From Chiloscyllium plagiosum (lineage: Eukaryota), in assembly GCF_004010195.1 (NCBI RefSeq), contig NC_057718.1, forward strand, positions 32,318,791-32,382,790: DNA of 64,000 nucleotides. The letters run 5' to 3'. Shown in pieces: positions 26,218-39,786 of this stretch. A program made the position numbers and the translations under genes. The notes beneath the pieces are model-generated. The model had not been told where the DNA came from. It saw only the letters and a program-made list of their open reading frames with translations, and made no database searches. The number at the start of each line of letters is the position of its first letter. The stretch's first letter is position 1.

Positions 26218-28374
26218 TAAGGGAAGGCCTCGCCTTTCTTGTTCTACCTTGGTACTTGACATGCAGGTGGCTGGCCTTTCACTGGGAACAAGGTCTCTTC
26301 AGAAAAAATCCCATATCCCCAGAGCTGCTGGCCAGCTGGAGGTACTACTTGAGGCCTGGGATTATCCCAGGATCCCAGACCCAGGGTGGTGGGACATGTG
26401 TCAGCGGACAGGGGATAAGGGGGATGGGGTTTGGCAATAGAGTCAGAGGGGCAGCTCCTGTGACCTGCAAGCGGCTCCACCTTGCTTGGTGTGCTCTCCA
26501 CGATATTCAGTGCCACAACCTCCACCAGCTAGAGGCTGAGAGTTCACACAATCCTCAGAAAAACAATTCTCCTAGTTTCTGTCCTAAAAGGGCAACACCT
26601 AATTCTAAAACAGTGCCCTGTGGTTCAGCAGTGACCCAAAGGAGGGACATCTTTCTGTGTTCACAATTAACATTCAGGATCATACACAATTCTGTCAGAT
26701 CTCCCCTCATCTTCCTGCACAGCTTAGTGGAAACAAACCCAGCCTGTCTAAACTTCCCTCACTAGACAATCTGCTCATTCAAAGTATCAATTTAATAAAC
26801 CAACATTTACTCTGTAACTAAGTAAATAGTAAGCCCTTGCTTGCCATTTGGCTAATAACAGCACTGGAGCAATGAGACCATTAGCTGGGAACTAGTTGCT
26901 CACTCAAAGGCCTCTATTGACGGTGAGACTGGAAGGTGGTCTACAGGCCTTCCACCACAGACTTTATCAGAGTGACAATGGGAAGATGATAAGGTCCCCA
27001 CTGCCACGCTAGCACCTAATTAAGTGGCCCTAAAACTACCAAACCCATTATGAACACATGATTCTGCCTCTTATGCCACAAGAGGCCTGCAATTTATCTA
27101 TCAGCTTGAATAAGAATGGGACTGTACCAAAATCTCTCAGCAGATGGCAGTCACATGAAGCCCAATCAAACGTGTGCAGATTTTTCAACCAGTAATTTTC
27201 AAGGTCATGAATGTAAAAGAGACTTGTTACATTGAGCTGGTGTTTATAGCTGAGCATATAAATGACAGGCAGGCAGTGAAGAAGAAAGAGGAGAAAGTAA
27301 GTGTGTCACAGGAGACGCTTAATCTTTTTTTAACTAATGAACAATGATATTGAATTTACAGCTTGTTAAAATATCGGGTAAAGACAGACATAGAATGGAA
27401 GTGGAATGATCATCAAAAATAAAACTGTTAAACTAAATGAAGATCTGCCATTACATTTGTAAGATAGTACAAACAATAATACAAAACACATTAACTGATG
27501 AGGGATAACAATAGAAAATGAGATGGCAGAAGCAAAGTATATGGAAAGTAGCAACAATTATGAAAGTGAAGTGATTACTGGATTCTGATATTGCTGAACA
27601 ACTTGATTAAAAATAGACTGGAGCACTATTGAGGCAAATAAGAGACTCTGCTATGTGTTACACTGCAACATGGCCTTTTGAGGATTTTGGGCAGAACAAA
27701 GCCAAGCAGAAAGAAGGGACAAAAATGCAACTGGAGTGAATGTCACATTATACTTACTTAGTCATATGCCATTTGAGTGAGGTCTTTTAAAATGGTCCTC
27801 AGTGCCTCTATGTGAGTGTTATATGTATTCAGCATCCTTCTTTTTGCAACAGGACCCCAAAGATCTGAGTCCAGAGGCTCACGAGCTGGAAGCTGACTTC
27901 TGTGGAGCATCTGCTCCACATTGTGAGACCCCATTTTCACCTCTTGAATCTTCAAGCTTCCTTCTGTGTTCTGTTACCAAAGAGAAAAACCTTCCTTAGA
28001 ACTATCAACAGTCCCCTGGGTGGATTTATCTAGGTTGGTGAGTGACAGAGTGAGTGAGGAGGGGTGGATTAAGGAGTGCTGAGGATATGGTTGCTTGAGC
28101 AGAGATGAAGGTAAATTCACTCTTTCTATCCTGTCTTCCTTCTCATTAGGGCATTTTGCCTTGGATTGTTTGGAGAAAATGGAAATGAGAATACCTTCCT
28201 GAAAGTTCCTCTATAGCTTTTTGGAAAATAGGAACAGCTGTATGCCATTCAGTCCATCTATTCTGTCCCATCATTTTGTCAGATCACAGCTGAGTGGGAG
28301 CTCATTTTGATGTATCTAACTTTTCTTCATCCCGATCAATGCCTTTAACTAACAAAAACAAATCTATCAATTTC

Positions 28375-29180
28375 AGTCACACAGATATACGGCATGGAAA
28401 CAGATCCTTCGGTCCAACTCATCCATGTCGACCATATATCCTGAATAAATTTAGTTCCATTTGCCAGCATTTGGCCCATATACCTCCAGACCCTTCCTAT
28501 TCATATACCCATCCAGATGCCTTTTAAATACTGTATTTGGATCAGCCTCCACCACTTCCTCTGACAGCTCATTCTGTACACACACCATCCTCTGCGTGAA
28601 AAAGTTGCCCCTTAGGTCCCTTTTAAATCTTTATTCTCCCATCTTGAACCTATGCCCTTTAGTTTTGGACTTGCCCACCCCTGGGAAAAGACTTTGGCTA
28701 TTCACCCAATCCATGCCCTTCATGATTTTATAAACCTCTGTAAGGTCACCCATCAGCCTCCAACGCTCCAGGGAAAACAGGCCCAGCCTATTCTGCCACT
28801 CCCAAAGCTCAAATCCTCCAACCGTGGCAACATTCTTGTAAATCTTTTCGACACACTTTCAAGCTTAACAGCATTTTTCCTTTGGCAGGGAGCTCAGAAT
28901 TGAATGTGGCCTAACCAATGTGCTGCATAGCCGCAACATGACCTCCCAACTCCTATACTCAATGCACTGATCAACAAGGACAAGTGCACCAAATGCCTTC
29001 TTCACTACTGTGTCTACCTGTGACTCCGAACCTGCACTGCAAGGTCTCTTTGCTTGACAAAACTCCCCACGGCCCTATCATTAAGTGTATAAGTCCTGCC
29101 ATGATTTACCTTAGCAAAATGCGACACCTCACACTTATCTACATTAGATTCAATCTGCTACTCCTCGGCCCATCGGTCTT
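28375..29180 (-). mobile_element. CR1/HER1 3' fragment nested in an older CR1 (~28225-29540)
   Basis: High similarity to the 9177 copy; flanks show an older CR1 3' UTR and ORF2 remnants. Confidence 0.85.
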
Positions 29181-29956
29181 GAAATTTTAAATTGTCCTAA
29201 AAGAACTGTCTTTTAGATTTTAAATACTCTGGTGTATACAAAATGCTTCTATATGATTTAACTCTGATTTTAAGAGTATTGACTCTTGTTCTGGATTATC
29301 CCACTGGAGGAGATTGCACATTTGTAGCAATTCTTTCAATTCCCTTCATCTCCTTGAGCATTTTGATCAATCTTCAGCTTTTCAAGCTCAAAACAAGTCA
29401 ATCCAGTCCGCTCTCAAACTGATATCATTCCAGTGCGTCTGCAATGTACCCACACTAAAGCCAATCTTCCTAAGGAATGGTGGCCAGAGCTGAATGCAGT
29501 ACTCCAGGTGCTGTCTCTTTGAAGCATCCTTACTTTTCTTTACAAAGTCATCTGTTCAAGAGGTTAATAGGCAATGGAAGCACTCCTGGTGTTAGCAAAA
29601 TTAGAGAATTGACCAACAGGCAGGAAATAGAGTGAATATAAACAGAGCATTTTCACCTTGGCAGGAAGTGAGTAATGGGGTGTCATGAGGAGTGGTGCTG
29701 GGACCTGTTTCCAGTCTGCAGCTCTGGTCACCCCCGCTTCCCCAGTTAAAAAGAGAGTGGGTGAGCCTGCTGTGAGGAGCAGAGGCTTCTCTCTAGCTAT
29801 TTAAAGTAGCCTTAAGGCAGGGAATCTGCTGTCCCTCAGACCCTCCCTTCCCCCTAGGGGTTAGGAGGCTTCACCTCAACAAGCTGTCATCTATTCAGAT
29901 ATGTATAAAGCTACCAATCAGGATTCAGAGATTTCACTGGGTGTCAAAGTGACAAG

Positions 29957-30167
29957 AGTCAAGATTAGAGTGGTGCTGGAAAAGCACAGCAGGTCAGGTA
30001 GCATCCAAGGAGCAGGAAAACCGACGTTCAGGCAAAAGCCTGATGAAGCGCTTTTGCCCAAAACGTTGATTTTCCTGCTCCTCGGATGCTGCCTGACCTG
30101 CTGTGCTTTTCCAGCACCACTCTAATCTTGACTCTGATCTCCAGCATCTGCAGTCCTCACTTTCGCC
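29957..30167 (+). mobile_element. Penelope-like end, family B, fold-back copy
   Basis: Inverted arms gtggtgctggaaaagcacagcaggtcagg / cctgacctgctgtgcttttccagcaccac; TSD tgtcaaagtg(a/g)caag at 29942-29956 and 30168-30182. Confidence 0.85.
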
Positions 30168-31335
30168 TGTCAAAGTGGCAAGCTCCACTGAGGGTGTCCT
30201 TCGGAGAGAGGGGGTGTGGGGCTAGGTTTGAAATCCTTATAGGGAGGGGAACATGGGGAAAGTACACTCAATGGACCCCGGGACCCTCGAAGGAGTGACC
30301 CCCACATCGACCGTCAGCCTATGCAGAGAAATCTGTCACTTGGCATGGGACTCTACCTAGTTCAGGTAAACCCTTTTGGATGAAGCCTTTGAGTTGGAAT
30401 TGATTTTGCTCCTGAGGACCTTAATCGACCCACTGGCTGCCTGACACCAACCTCATCGCTGGCATCATTGTGGGTACAGGGATGGACAGGTAGTTGGTTA
30501 TCTTGCTGCCTGTTAGATGTAATGAGCCCTGTCCCCTTCAGACACTGCTGTAAACCCATGAGTGGTTAGAGAGCTAGTTTCATGGAGACTACCAATGAGG
30601 CCAGAGCTTCTAGGACGATATAAACCATCACCTTCTCGAGAAGCAAAGATAAAAGAAGGCATGTCAATAGCTGTTAAGGATGAGCACAGGTTTTTGTTAG
30701 AATGGTTTGACAGCAATGTTGTAACAGAAAAGTAAAAGGTACAGTATATATGAGGGAAGACTGCTTAAACAGGTACATGGCACATTCTGAAGGCCAGTAT
30801 CTTTTAAGTAATGGACAGGGTCTCCGCAGTTCTGATATGATTCGAGCAGTAATCATTGAGAACTAGGCGTAAAGAGACTGAAAGGCAGGGAATCAGATCA
30901 GGTAACTTAGCTCAGTTACTCGGGTCAGGTCATTAATCTTCTTCCTCAAAGGAGACTTCTGTTCCTCCAGAAAATACATTTGTGATTGGCTACCTGTCCC
31001 CGACCTCAGTTGGCCCTCTTTGTTTTTTCTAGATGATCCTTCCCTTTCTCAGCATCTGACGAAGTGCCCACTAAATTTGCATGATTATTTAAATGAGCAG
31101 ACCCTAACATTGACAGCAAAGTCGGTGTCACCAGGTCACAGTGAGTGGAAGTTCTTTAGCTTTGCCTCATTTGGAGCAGCAGGGTAGCACCTGGAAGTTT
31201 GTGTTCTCTAGCTTGTTTTGTTGTGTACATTCCTTTTAAGCACTTGAATCAATTCAGGTTCAAAGCCTCTAGGTTTCTGGGCCTCCACTCAGTATAAACC
31301 TGAGATATTAGACAAATGATGTTAATTCTTAAGCA

Positions 31336-31545
31336 GGGTAAAAACAATGACTGCAGATGCTGGAAACCAGATTCTGGATTAGTGGTGCTGGAAGAGCACA
31401 GCAGTTCAGGCAGTATCCAAGGAGCAGTAAAATCGACGTTTCAGGCAAAAGCCCTTCATCAGGAATAAAGGCAGAGAGCCTGAAGGGTGGAGAGATAAGC
31501 TAGAGGAGGGTGGGGGTGGGGAGAAAGTAGCATAGAGTACAGCCA
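31336..31545 (-). mobile_element. Penelope-like end, family B, single arm
   Basis: actgcagatgctggaa...cacagcagttcaggcagtatcc...gacgtttcaggcaaaagcccttcatcagg; hammerhead-like core on the minus strand at 31431-31466. Confidence 0.75.
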
Positions 31546-32699
31546 ACCATAAAAGTGAGATCTTCTCAATTTTGAGTCCTGTGTCCATGCAGTCAACCTG
31601 TCATTCAGTGAGCTGTACTTCCTCAATGGACAGCCCAGTACAACTCATGCACTCTGGCTAACAGTATATTGGGCACCAAACCATATATTCAGGGAAAGTG
31701 AGTTCATCGCAGTGAGAGAAAGGAGCCAGAGATGTTGGTTGAGAGTGTGTTCCTGGAAAAACACAGCTAATGTTTTGGGCCAGAGCCCTTTATCAGGAAT
31801 GAGGCTGGGAGCCTTGGGGGGGGGGTGGAAAGGTGTTGGTTGCCTTCTCTACTGTTGTTCAGGCAGAAGAATTGTTCCTGCACCCCAATTTGTCAAATTC
31901 ATTTTGACATTATTATGTTAGAATCTCTTTCCCCTGAGGGGAATGCACACTTTCTAAATTACATTGGGGTTCTCTGTGTGACATTGAACCATCATTTGCC
32001 AAAATTAAGGAAGCACTCATTTGATTCAGATCCGAGCTAGATTGTTCAGAGTGAGTCCATGTAAATACTTCAATTTAGCTCTGCAATTACCCCATTTCAT
32101 AAGGAGGAGAGAATTAAACTTCTTTCTGTATTTTGTATGATTTAGGAAAACTGAGAATATCCAATAGGTTATCAGTGTTATTTCTTTAAACATCCTGAGA
32201 GAAATTCAATCTGGCTTTGGTGTTAGTTCTACTTTCATCACTTCTAACTTAGTTCGAATGTTTTTTTGTAATCTGAACAAAAGCTAATTTGACTTTAGTC
32301 CTGTCTGCTAACAAGAGGTTGATGGTCCATGCCTTTTCATCATTTAAAATTCTTCTTAAACCTCATTCGAATGGTCTTATTTGTTCCATGTCATACTTTG
32401 CTTCCACTGAAAATGATACAAGATTTCCCAAAGTTAAAAATTAATGCTCGTTCTTTACAATTATTTGGCTTTATAAAGTATTCATAACAGTAAATTAACT
32501 TCAAGTTTTATAGTCAAATTTCTAAAACAAGGGAACATAAATTAGTTTTATCTCTTGTGTGGAACATGTATCGGATTTCCGAGTCCAGTAAAATTAGGAA
32601 CATAAACATTGACCTTGCAGATAGAGAAAACTATGTTCCACATCATGGGCTTTGTAACAATTGGTATATTGAAATCATGCTCACACACAAAGTCTGCAG

Positions 32700-33222
32700 A
32701 TTTCCAAACTAACTTTTGAGACTTTTAGGCAGTTATTGGACAATACTCAGTTGCTTATGCAAGGACCTGTAGACATTTTGCGGTGTACTTTGGGAGGTCT
32801 CCTTATATGTTAGTGCAGTTACTGCCTGAAGCCATGTACTAGAGAGAGCTTGTACATCTGTACTGAATAGTTTCAGTTCTTCCACAGTTTCCTGAAGAAC
32901 ACACTCTTGGATATGGTTTCTTTTCTGAAAATTTGAATTTCCAAAATACAAAACAGTGGTGGATTGCATTATCTATTGGGAAACCACCATATAATTTAGT
33001 CTAGTTGCCCGCAAGTGTCTAAAATCAAAATTAAGATTACTTGGAAATAAACTTCTTTCTGGTCATTGTACCAATTTATCTGAAAATGAAGTTGATCTAA
33101 TATATTGGAGTAAAATTGAAGACCAGTCAAAGTTCTTTTGATTGATAAACTCATATAAAGATATTGCACAGACTCCTCCCAGATACTTAAAGGAATCACA
33201 CAAATCGTTTGTCAATCTGTAC
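32700..33222 (-). mobile_element. Highly decayed L1/Tx1-like RT C-terminal fragment
   Basis: My translation reads DSFKYLGGVCAISLYEFINKKNFDWSSILLQYI... in one frame with two stops, continuing into track ORF 32733-32969. FKYLG is a non-LTR RT domain-7 motif. Confidence 0.4.
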
Positions 33223-33449
33223 AGGTTTGGAAAAATATTTTGTATTTTTTACTGACAGTATTAATAGGTCTATCACCATCAGTATAGAGAAAAGACAATT
33301 TCATTTTTCAATGTGTAGATCCTTCATCAAAGTTAAAAAGTAGAAGATGAATGGATCTTAGAAAAAAATGGTGGAGGAAGAATTATAATGTCCAAAAAAA
33401 ATTTCCAGAACAATAACAATGGTTGAAAATTGCTATGTGATATATCAAA

Positions 33450-33945
33450 GGGTGGCATGATGGCTCAGTGGCAAGGACTGCTGCCTCACAGTGTAGGGAT
33501 CCGGGTTCAATTCTAGCTTCAGGCGATTGTCTATGTGGAGTTTGCATATTCTCCCTATGTCTGCAAGCATTTGCTGCATATTCCTCCAACAGTCCAAAGA
33601 TGTACATGTTAGGTGGATTCCTGATGAAGGGCTTTTGCCTGAAATATTGATTCTCCTGTCGCAGATGCTGCCTGACCTGCTGTGCTTTTCCAGCACAACA
33701 CTCTCGACTCTAATCCCTCCAGCACCACACTCTCGACTCTAATCTTCAGCATCAGCAGTCCTCACTTTTACCATGCGAAATTGCCCATAGTGTCCAGGGA
33801 TGTGCAGGGTAGGTGGATTAGCCATGGAAAATGCAGGGTTCCAGGGAAAGGGTAGGGGGGTGTATCTGGTTGGGATACATTTCAGAGGGTCGGTATGGAC
33901 TTGATGGGCCAAATGGCATTCTTCCATACTGTATGGATTCTATAT
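33450..33945 (+). mobile_element. HE1-like SINE interrupted by a PLE family B end (33619-33770)
   Basis: SINE head gggtggcatgatggctcagtgg; body broken after gttaggtggatt and resuming at ccatgcgaaattgccc. Confidence 0.85.
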
Positions 33946-34009
33946 GAGGATTACCTCGACAAACAATGCGAAGGCATTTAAAAATTCTGAAAATCACTTA
34001 GAAAGATAA

Positions 34010-34230
34010 AACAAAAGGAAAATTATGAATGTGGGATCTCTAAAGTGGAAATGGAAAGGAGTTTGCAACTAGAATAGAGGTATTCAGCAAAGTGGTTATC
34101 ATCTGTTTCATCAAACTGGACTCAATGTTAACTCTGTTTTTCTGTCAATGGATGCTGCCAGACCTGCTGTGTTTTTCCTGTACTTTCTGTTTTTGTTTCA
34201 GTTTTCCAGCATCCACAGTTTTTCATCTGA
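34010..34230 (+). mobile_element. Penelope-like end, family C, decayed fold-back
   Basis: atgttaactctgttt...gatgctgccagacctgctgtg...ttccagcatccacagtttt is the reverse of the 39455 terminus. Confidence 0.6.
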
Positions 34231-34769
34231 TCTTACTTATCATCCAATCTGCATGTAATCTCCACAATGAGAAGAAACTGGGTTATGGCAGACCATGACA
34301 GTATAAGATTGAAAAGAGTTCATATTAAGAAAAGCTAATGTTTCAATTCGAAAGAAAAGTTGAGGCTTTAGACAAAAATTTGAGAGAATGATGACCAGTT
34401 ACTTTCTTCTGCCGCACGGAAAGGGGCCAGTAATGGCAGCTGGTAGTCAGGTTGGTGAAATTGTATCCTAGAGCTAGATTTCCAGCAGAAAGAAGAAAAT
34501 GGAGGGAGAGATGTATTGGCTTGAGATAACATTTATGGTGCTTGGAAGTGACCTACAATTCCAAAGCTAGTGAGATGGAAGGTAAAGACACAAGGGGATC
34601 TTGTCATTTGCATTAAAAGAGGGAGAAAAGGTAAGAACAGAACACAGAAAATGGGTCAAATATTCCACAAACTCAGCACTTACAGCTGAAAGAAATCTTC
34701 CACTGACAGCGTCTTAGTTCAGAAATTCTGATAGGAAAAGTAAAGTCCTCACAGAATCATCTGCTCAAT

Positions 34770-35045
34770 GTTTAAACCTAAGTCCAAAGAGTATAAGTTT
34801 AAGGTGAGGAGCAAGTGGTTTAGAGGCGTTTTTTTCACCCAGAGGGTGGTAGAAGTATGGAACATGTTGCCTCAGAGGATGGTGGAGGCAGATTCTCTCA
34901 CAACATTTAAGAAGCATCTGGGTGAGCATTTAAAATGCCAAAGCATAATCAGCTATTGACCAAATGCAGGTAATTGGGATTAGTGTAGTTTGGTGTTTGT
35001 TGGTCAGGATGGACATGGTGGGTTTCAAAGCTGCATGACTGTGAT
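34770..35045 (+). mobile_element. CR1 3' end
   Basis: FFTQRVVEVWNMLPQRMVEADSLTTFKKHL. Confidence 0.85.
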
Positions 35046-38000
35046 GGTTTGTTAGAAGTTGTGAATTCCCATTGTGGAATGACAAATCTTTAAACTAGTC
35101 AGTCCTTAAAGATTATTCTTATGCTATAGCTGGAGCCCCTTCGAATAAGTGACATGTGTGTAATTCTGTCTCAGGAGCACTTTAATTCGAAGAAGAATCT
35201 AAATCTTGTGAATGTTCTTCAGAACAATCACTCATTTTATATGTTAGATGATGAGCTAATATCTAGATTTATTGTTTAATAAGGATTAATTTTTAATAGC
35301 CTGCCTGCTAAGATGGTCTGACATATCACCATTGGGCAGAATTCAACACATCCTAAAAGGACTTTGGCAATAGGAGCTATCACTCTGAGATTGTCCAGTG
35401 TCACGATCCTGGCTGGTTCCTCTCATCCTCAAACAGTCAGTAGTGTGACTTCCCAGGTTTCATATTCTTAGAGCCCAGACATCTTGATAATGGAGACAAT
35501 CTGGGCTTGCATGGAAACTATTTCCTATGGACCAGCGAAATGCAACATTGTACATTTTCTGACAAATATGAACATTGATTTTGTCAAAAAAGTCAATTAA
35601 AATTACTATAACTTAGTGATTTTTATTGTTGAATGGGCAGGAGCTTAACTTTTCATTTTAGCTGGAAAGATATGAAAGTGCTTTTTCTGCACTGATGTGG
35701 GCTTGTACATGTAAATTGCTGAGATTAGAGTTTCAGCATTTGTGCTGTCAAATGTCCTTATGGATAAGACTAGTTGAAGTAGCATTATTAGGTTTAGTGG
35801 GGTTGCTGAGTGTTTCATTTATTTATGTTTCTTGCCAAATCACTGACAGCCAAATCTTTTACAGTCCATGGGAAATTCAAGAAATCAAAGGCAAAGTTTT
35901 GATTAGTCTTTGCACTAATTAATTTTTAACTTATGATGACTTTGTAGCTTTGCGTCTCCTTAATATCTCAAACTCCTTTCTGAAAGATGATGACGCTTTT
36001 CTTAAATAATTCTATCAGGGTGAAACAATAGTTATTTAATTACATCATAGTTACAACAAAGAGCATCTTTGCCCATGGAATTAGATGATGTCATGCATGA
36101 ATGTTAGCTTTCACAACCCAAGTTGATTGGACTAAAGTTTCTTGCTGGCCTTAAGGATCTATCTTGAATGAAGTTGGGTTTTTTGCAATCAACTGTGGTG
36201 CGTGTGGCCCTGCATCACTACATTTGGCCAAAATTGACAGTATGACAATGACAGGTTTTGTACAGGAACTGGGCAAGAACAACCTCACTTAATGGGTAGG
36301 TGTCATCTTCTAAGGATGAAGCTAAGTAATGTTATTGGAACAGAGGAAAGCTACATATGTTCCTTGGCCATGTTGCAGCTGACTGTGGAGTGCTTGTTGC
36401 TGATGCCAGGTGCCTACATTGGATGGTGTTTCATTCCCCAGCATTCATAAGAAGAAACTCAGTGACTGCTGCCAAGTGCAAGGAAATGACGATATTTTCT
36501 GGATCAGTTGGTTTCCAAGTTCTGAGTTTATGTGCTGTGATGTACAGGCACTATGGCCTGAACCTTAAGTTTTTTTGGCAAAGTGCAATCTGTGTTGATT
36601 GTTTGTTTAAGGGATTCTCACCCTGAGAACAAGTTAGATTTCTGGCCACACCTTACAATTTTCACTCCATGGGCATTGACATTCGAAAATGTGGCAGCCT
36701 CTAAGAGATTGACACATTTCCGATTCAGTTAGAATATGCTTCTGCACTTGACGACTGCACCTCAGGCTGGACCTGTAACTATTATGAGAAGGACACTGAG
36801 CACTCAGGGACACCCAGCTCATGAACTGGACTAGGCTGCTTGTCTGGCCTATTTGCCTGCTGTCATAGAGCTCTTTCTCACTCTGAGCCTAAATGGATGG
36901 TCACAGCATTTCTGCCTTGTTCCTTTTTACACTTTGACCCTTGCACCAGACATACCAGGCTCTCAGTATTTCTGTTTTGTCTTGGCGTTTAGCACAGTCA
37001 CAAAGCCAGGAAGCTTGTTATGGTTGTCTGCAGACCATAATCAAGCCAGTGATGGTACCCTTCAGACAGGGGGGGCCCTTGCACAGTAAGTCAAAGGCAG
37101 CCTCTGATGTCAATAAAGGAGCTTGGACACTCAGGGCATTTAGGGTCAGGTTGCTCTACTTATAAGTACTGAGGAGCCAAATGTTGCACAACCCACCACT
37201 CGTCCTGATTGTTTCTGCCCTATCCTGGGCTGGTTTCCTTCTCGAATGAAAGAGAGAGAGAGACAGAGTCAGGTATTAAAGGAGATGAAAGTGGGTGGGC
37301 ACAGCTATTATAGTTGCTACAGTTGGGGAGGTGCTCCAAGCAAGCGAGTAGGAGGTTAGGGTGGGTGAGAGGGAGTGGAGAAGATCTTGCAGGAATTAGT
37401 GAGTGGTCAAACACAAACCTCAGTGGGAAGTGGGTGAATAGTACAGACAGAGTGAGTGTGAGGGGGCACTAACTTTGATGAATTGGAGAATGACATTGAT
37501 TTCTTTCTGACAATGCTGGGCATTCCTCCAGGTGTCTGGGATTACATTGAGCTAGTTGGCAGCCTTGGACCAGGCTGGCATGATCTTGTGTAGTGGCCTC
37601 CATCCTTGGTCCTGGGGGAAGGAGACATCCAGTAACTGCATCACCCGATCCAATAGGACCTCCAGGTCCCTGCCTGAAAAATAGTTCACTTGTTTGCAAC
37701 TCTGAGACAAATGTCAGGAACTCTGTTCATGGCATCTTTGAATGGATGCTGCTTGTCTGGGTTAATGATGGCCTTTAAAAGTTGGTGCCAGTGTCAGAAA
37801 TGCTGGTCAATACTGGGATATCTCAGCAGTGGCACATTGCCTGGGAATGACGCTTGTAACATGGTGCTAGAGTTGGACAAGAGGGACACAGTAGGTAGTT
37901 AATGAGACAAATTTTGGTAAGATACAGTGAGATATCTTACTCAGCCTCACAATAAATTCTTGAAAAAAATTGGATGCAGTTGGCTCTTAGCCAATGACAA

Positions 38001-39786
38001 ATATAAGCTTCACCCCAGGGTCTCAGTTTAAGATATTAGCCAAGCAATAATGGCCCCTTATCTGTACACCATAGTGGACGGTGCTATCATCTGAGACACT
38101 ATTTACTCAATCACACAGTTGGGCTTGAATCCATGGTGATCTGAGAATTGCATTAACGCAGTCACAAAATGTTTAAATACGCACATTAACAATTAACTGC
38201 AGCTCAATGATGAACTGCTATGACTAATTGATAAAGGAACATGAGCAGTGCAGGATGAATTGTCATTGAAGTTGTACTTCCTCTTCTGGAAGCTCCAAGC
38301 CAGCAGTTCATCACATCATCCGAATGTCAGTAGGATGGTGGCACCCAGGAAATTGTCCCCATGTATTTCATTTCCATTAGTGGCCCTTCCAACCCCAGGG
38401 ACTGCTGAGCAAATAGTACTTGTAATCCCCTCGACAGTAAGAGAAGACACTTGGGGTCTCAGCTTTGGAGAATCCTCTGTGGAAAGGGGTGCAATGTCCC
38501 TAGATCGAAATACTAAACATCAGCAAGCTGGCCAGTGATGCTCAGAAAAGATATGCAGCTTTGTAAAGGAGGCTCAAAGTACAAGAATAGATGCACCACC
38601 CGCGTAATAATGGACACTGTCCTCTGACTTTCTAAAAGTTGACACAACCTTCAAACCTTTTAATAAACCTTCTGAGAAAAGATTTTCATCATTCACTTTT
38701 GTACTGAACCATGTTTTTCCTCCACATTCCCAACATTTCTCTGATTCTGTACAAATAATAAACAAAGAGAATCTTCCCACTTCTAACACTCTGCTTCACA
38801 AACTAACATTGACAAAGAAGTCCACACTGACCACTGATCAATTCATACCTTTTAATCAAAGTCAGAAAAGGCTAATGGTTATTAAAATATTATTTGCAGT
38901 TACTGTTATGAAACAGAAGAGTTTGAACTGGGCTTTGTTTGAACTGACTCTGTAGTATTTCTTTTGTAATCCTGGGAATCAATTTAACCAGTTTCAGTAA
39001 AATCCATTTATTCCCTCAACCACCCTCACTGTCAGTTTTCAGTTAAATGTGGACAGATTTTTCAGTTTGAGATTCAGTACTGTTCAGAAAGTAAGAGTAG
39101 TTTGTCATCTCTGAGTCGGATCTACCCATGAGAAGGGAAAGAAGAGATCAGAAACTCCCTGCGTTGGCAACTTCAAATATCATTCCCAACGTAAACCTAA
39201 CAAGTGATGGTTTCAAGATCTTCACATTAATTACAACAAATTTTTAGGATGTCTATTTTGCAATAGATTGATTTATTTTGGATATTGAAACCATTTTCTT
39301 ATTGCCATTCCTCATCATATATTTCTGATGAATTGGGCTCAGAGTGCAATATTATTTAACTATGTGTGACTCACTTGCCGTGAAACCTGTGATGATGTGA
39401 ACTATGTATGAAATGTCAAAGAAGCCAATAATGAGTGATGTAATTCATACTAAATGAAAACCGAAAGAACTGTGGATGCTGTAAATCAGAAACAAAAACA
39501 GAAATTGGGCGGATAGCTCAGTAGATCTGACCGCATCAGTAAAAAGAAATCAGAGTTAATGTTTCTGATCCAGTGACCCTTCCTCAGAACTGATGGTAGC
39601 TAGAGAAATGTCAGTTTTTATGCAGAAGGTAGAGTGGGAGAAGGGAGTCAGGAGTAAATATTAGGTGAGGATAGAGCCCAAAGAGAGAGAAAGGTTGGAC
39701 AGACAAATTAGTAAATAGCAATATGGCTAGGAGGGTGAATAGCTGTAAATGGAGACTGTTAGTGACAAACAATGGGTAGCATTTAA

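Noticed and set aside
36560..38560. GC-richer block possibly derived from a Harbinger-like or other shark repeat (similar blocks at ~50620-51180 and ~54700-55270)
   Set aside because: I could not identify termini, TSDs or a convincing transposase motif, so it is left unannotated.
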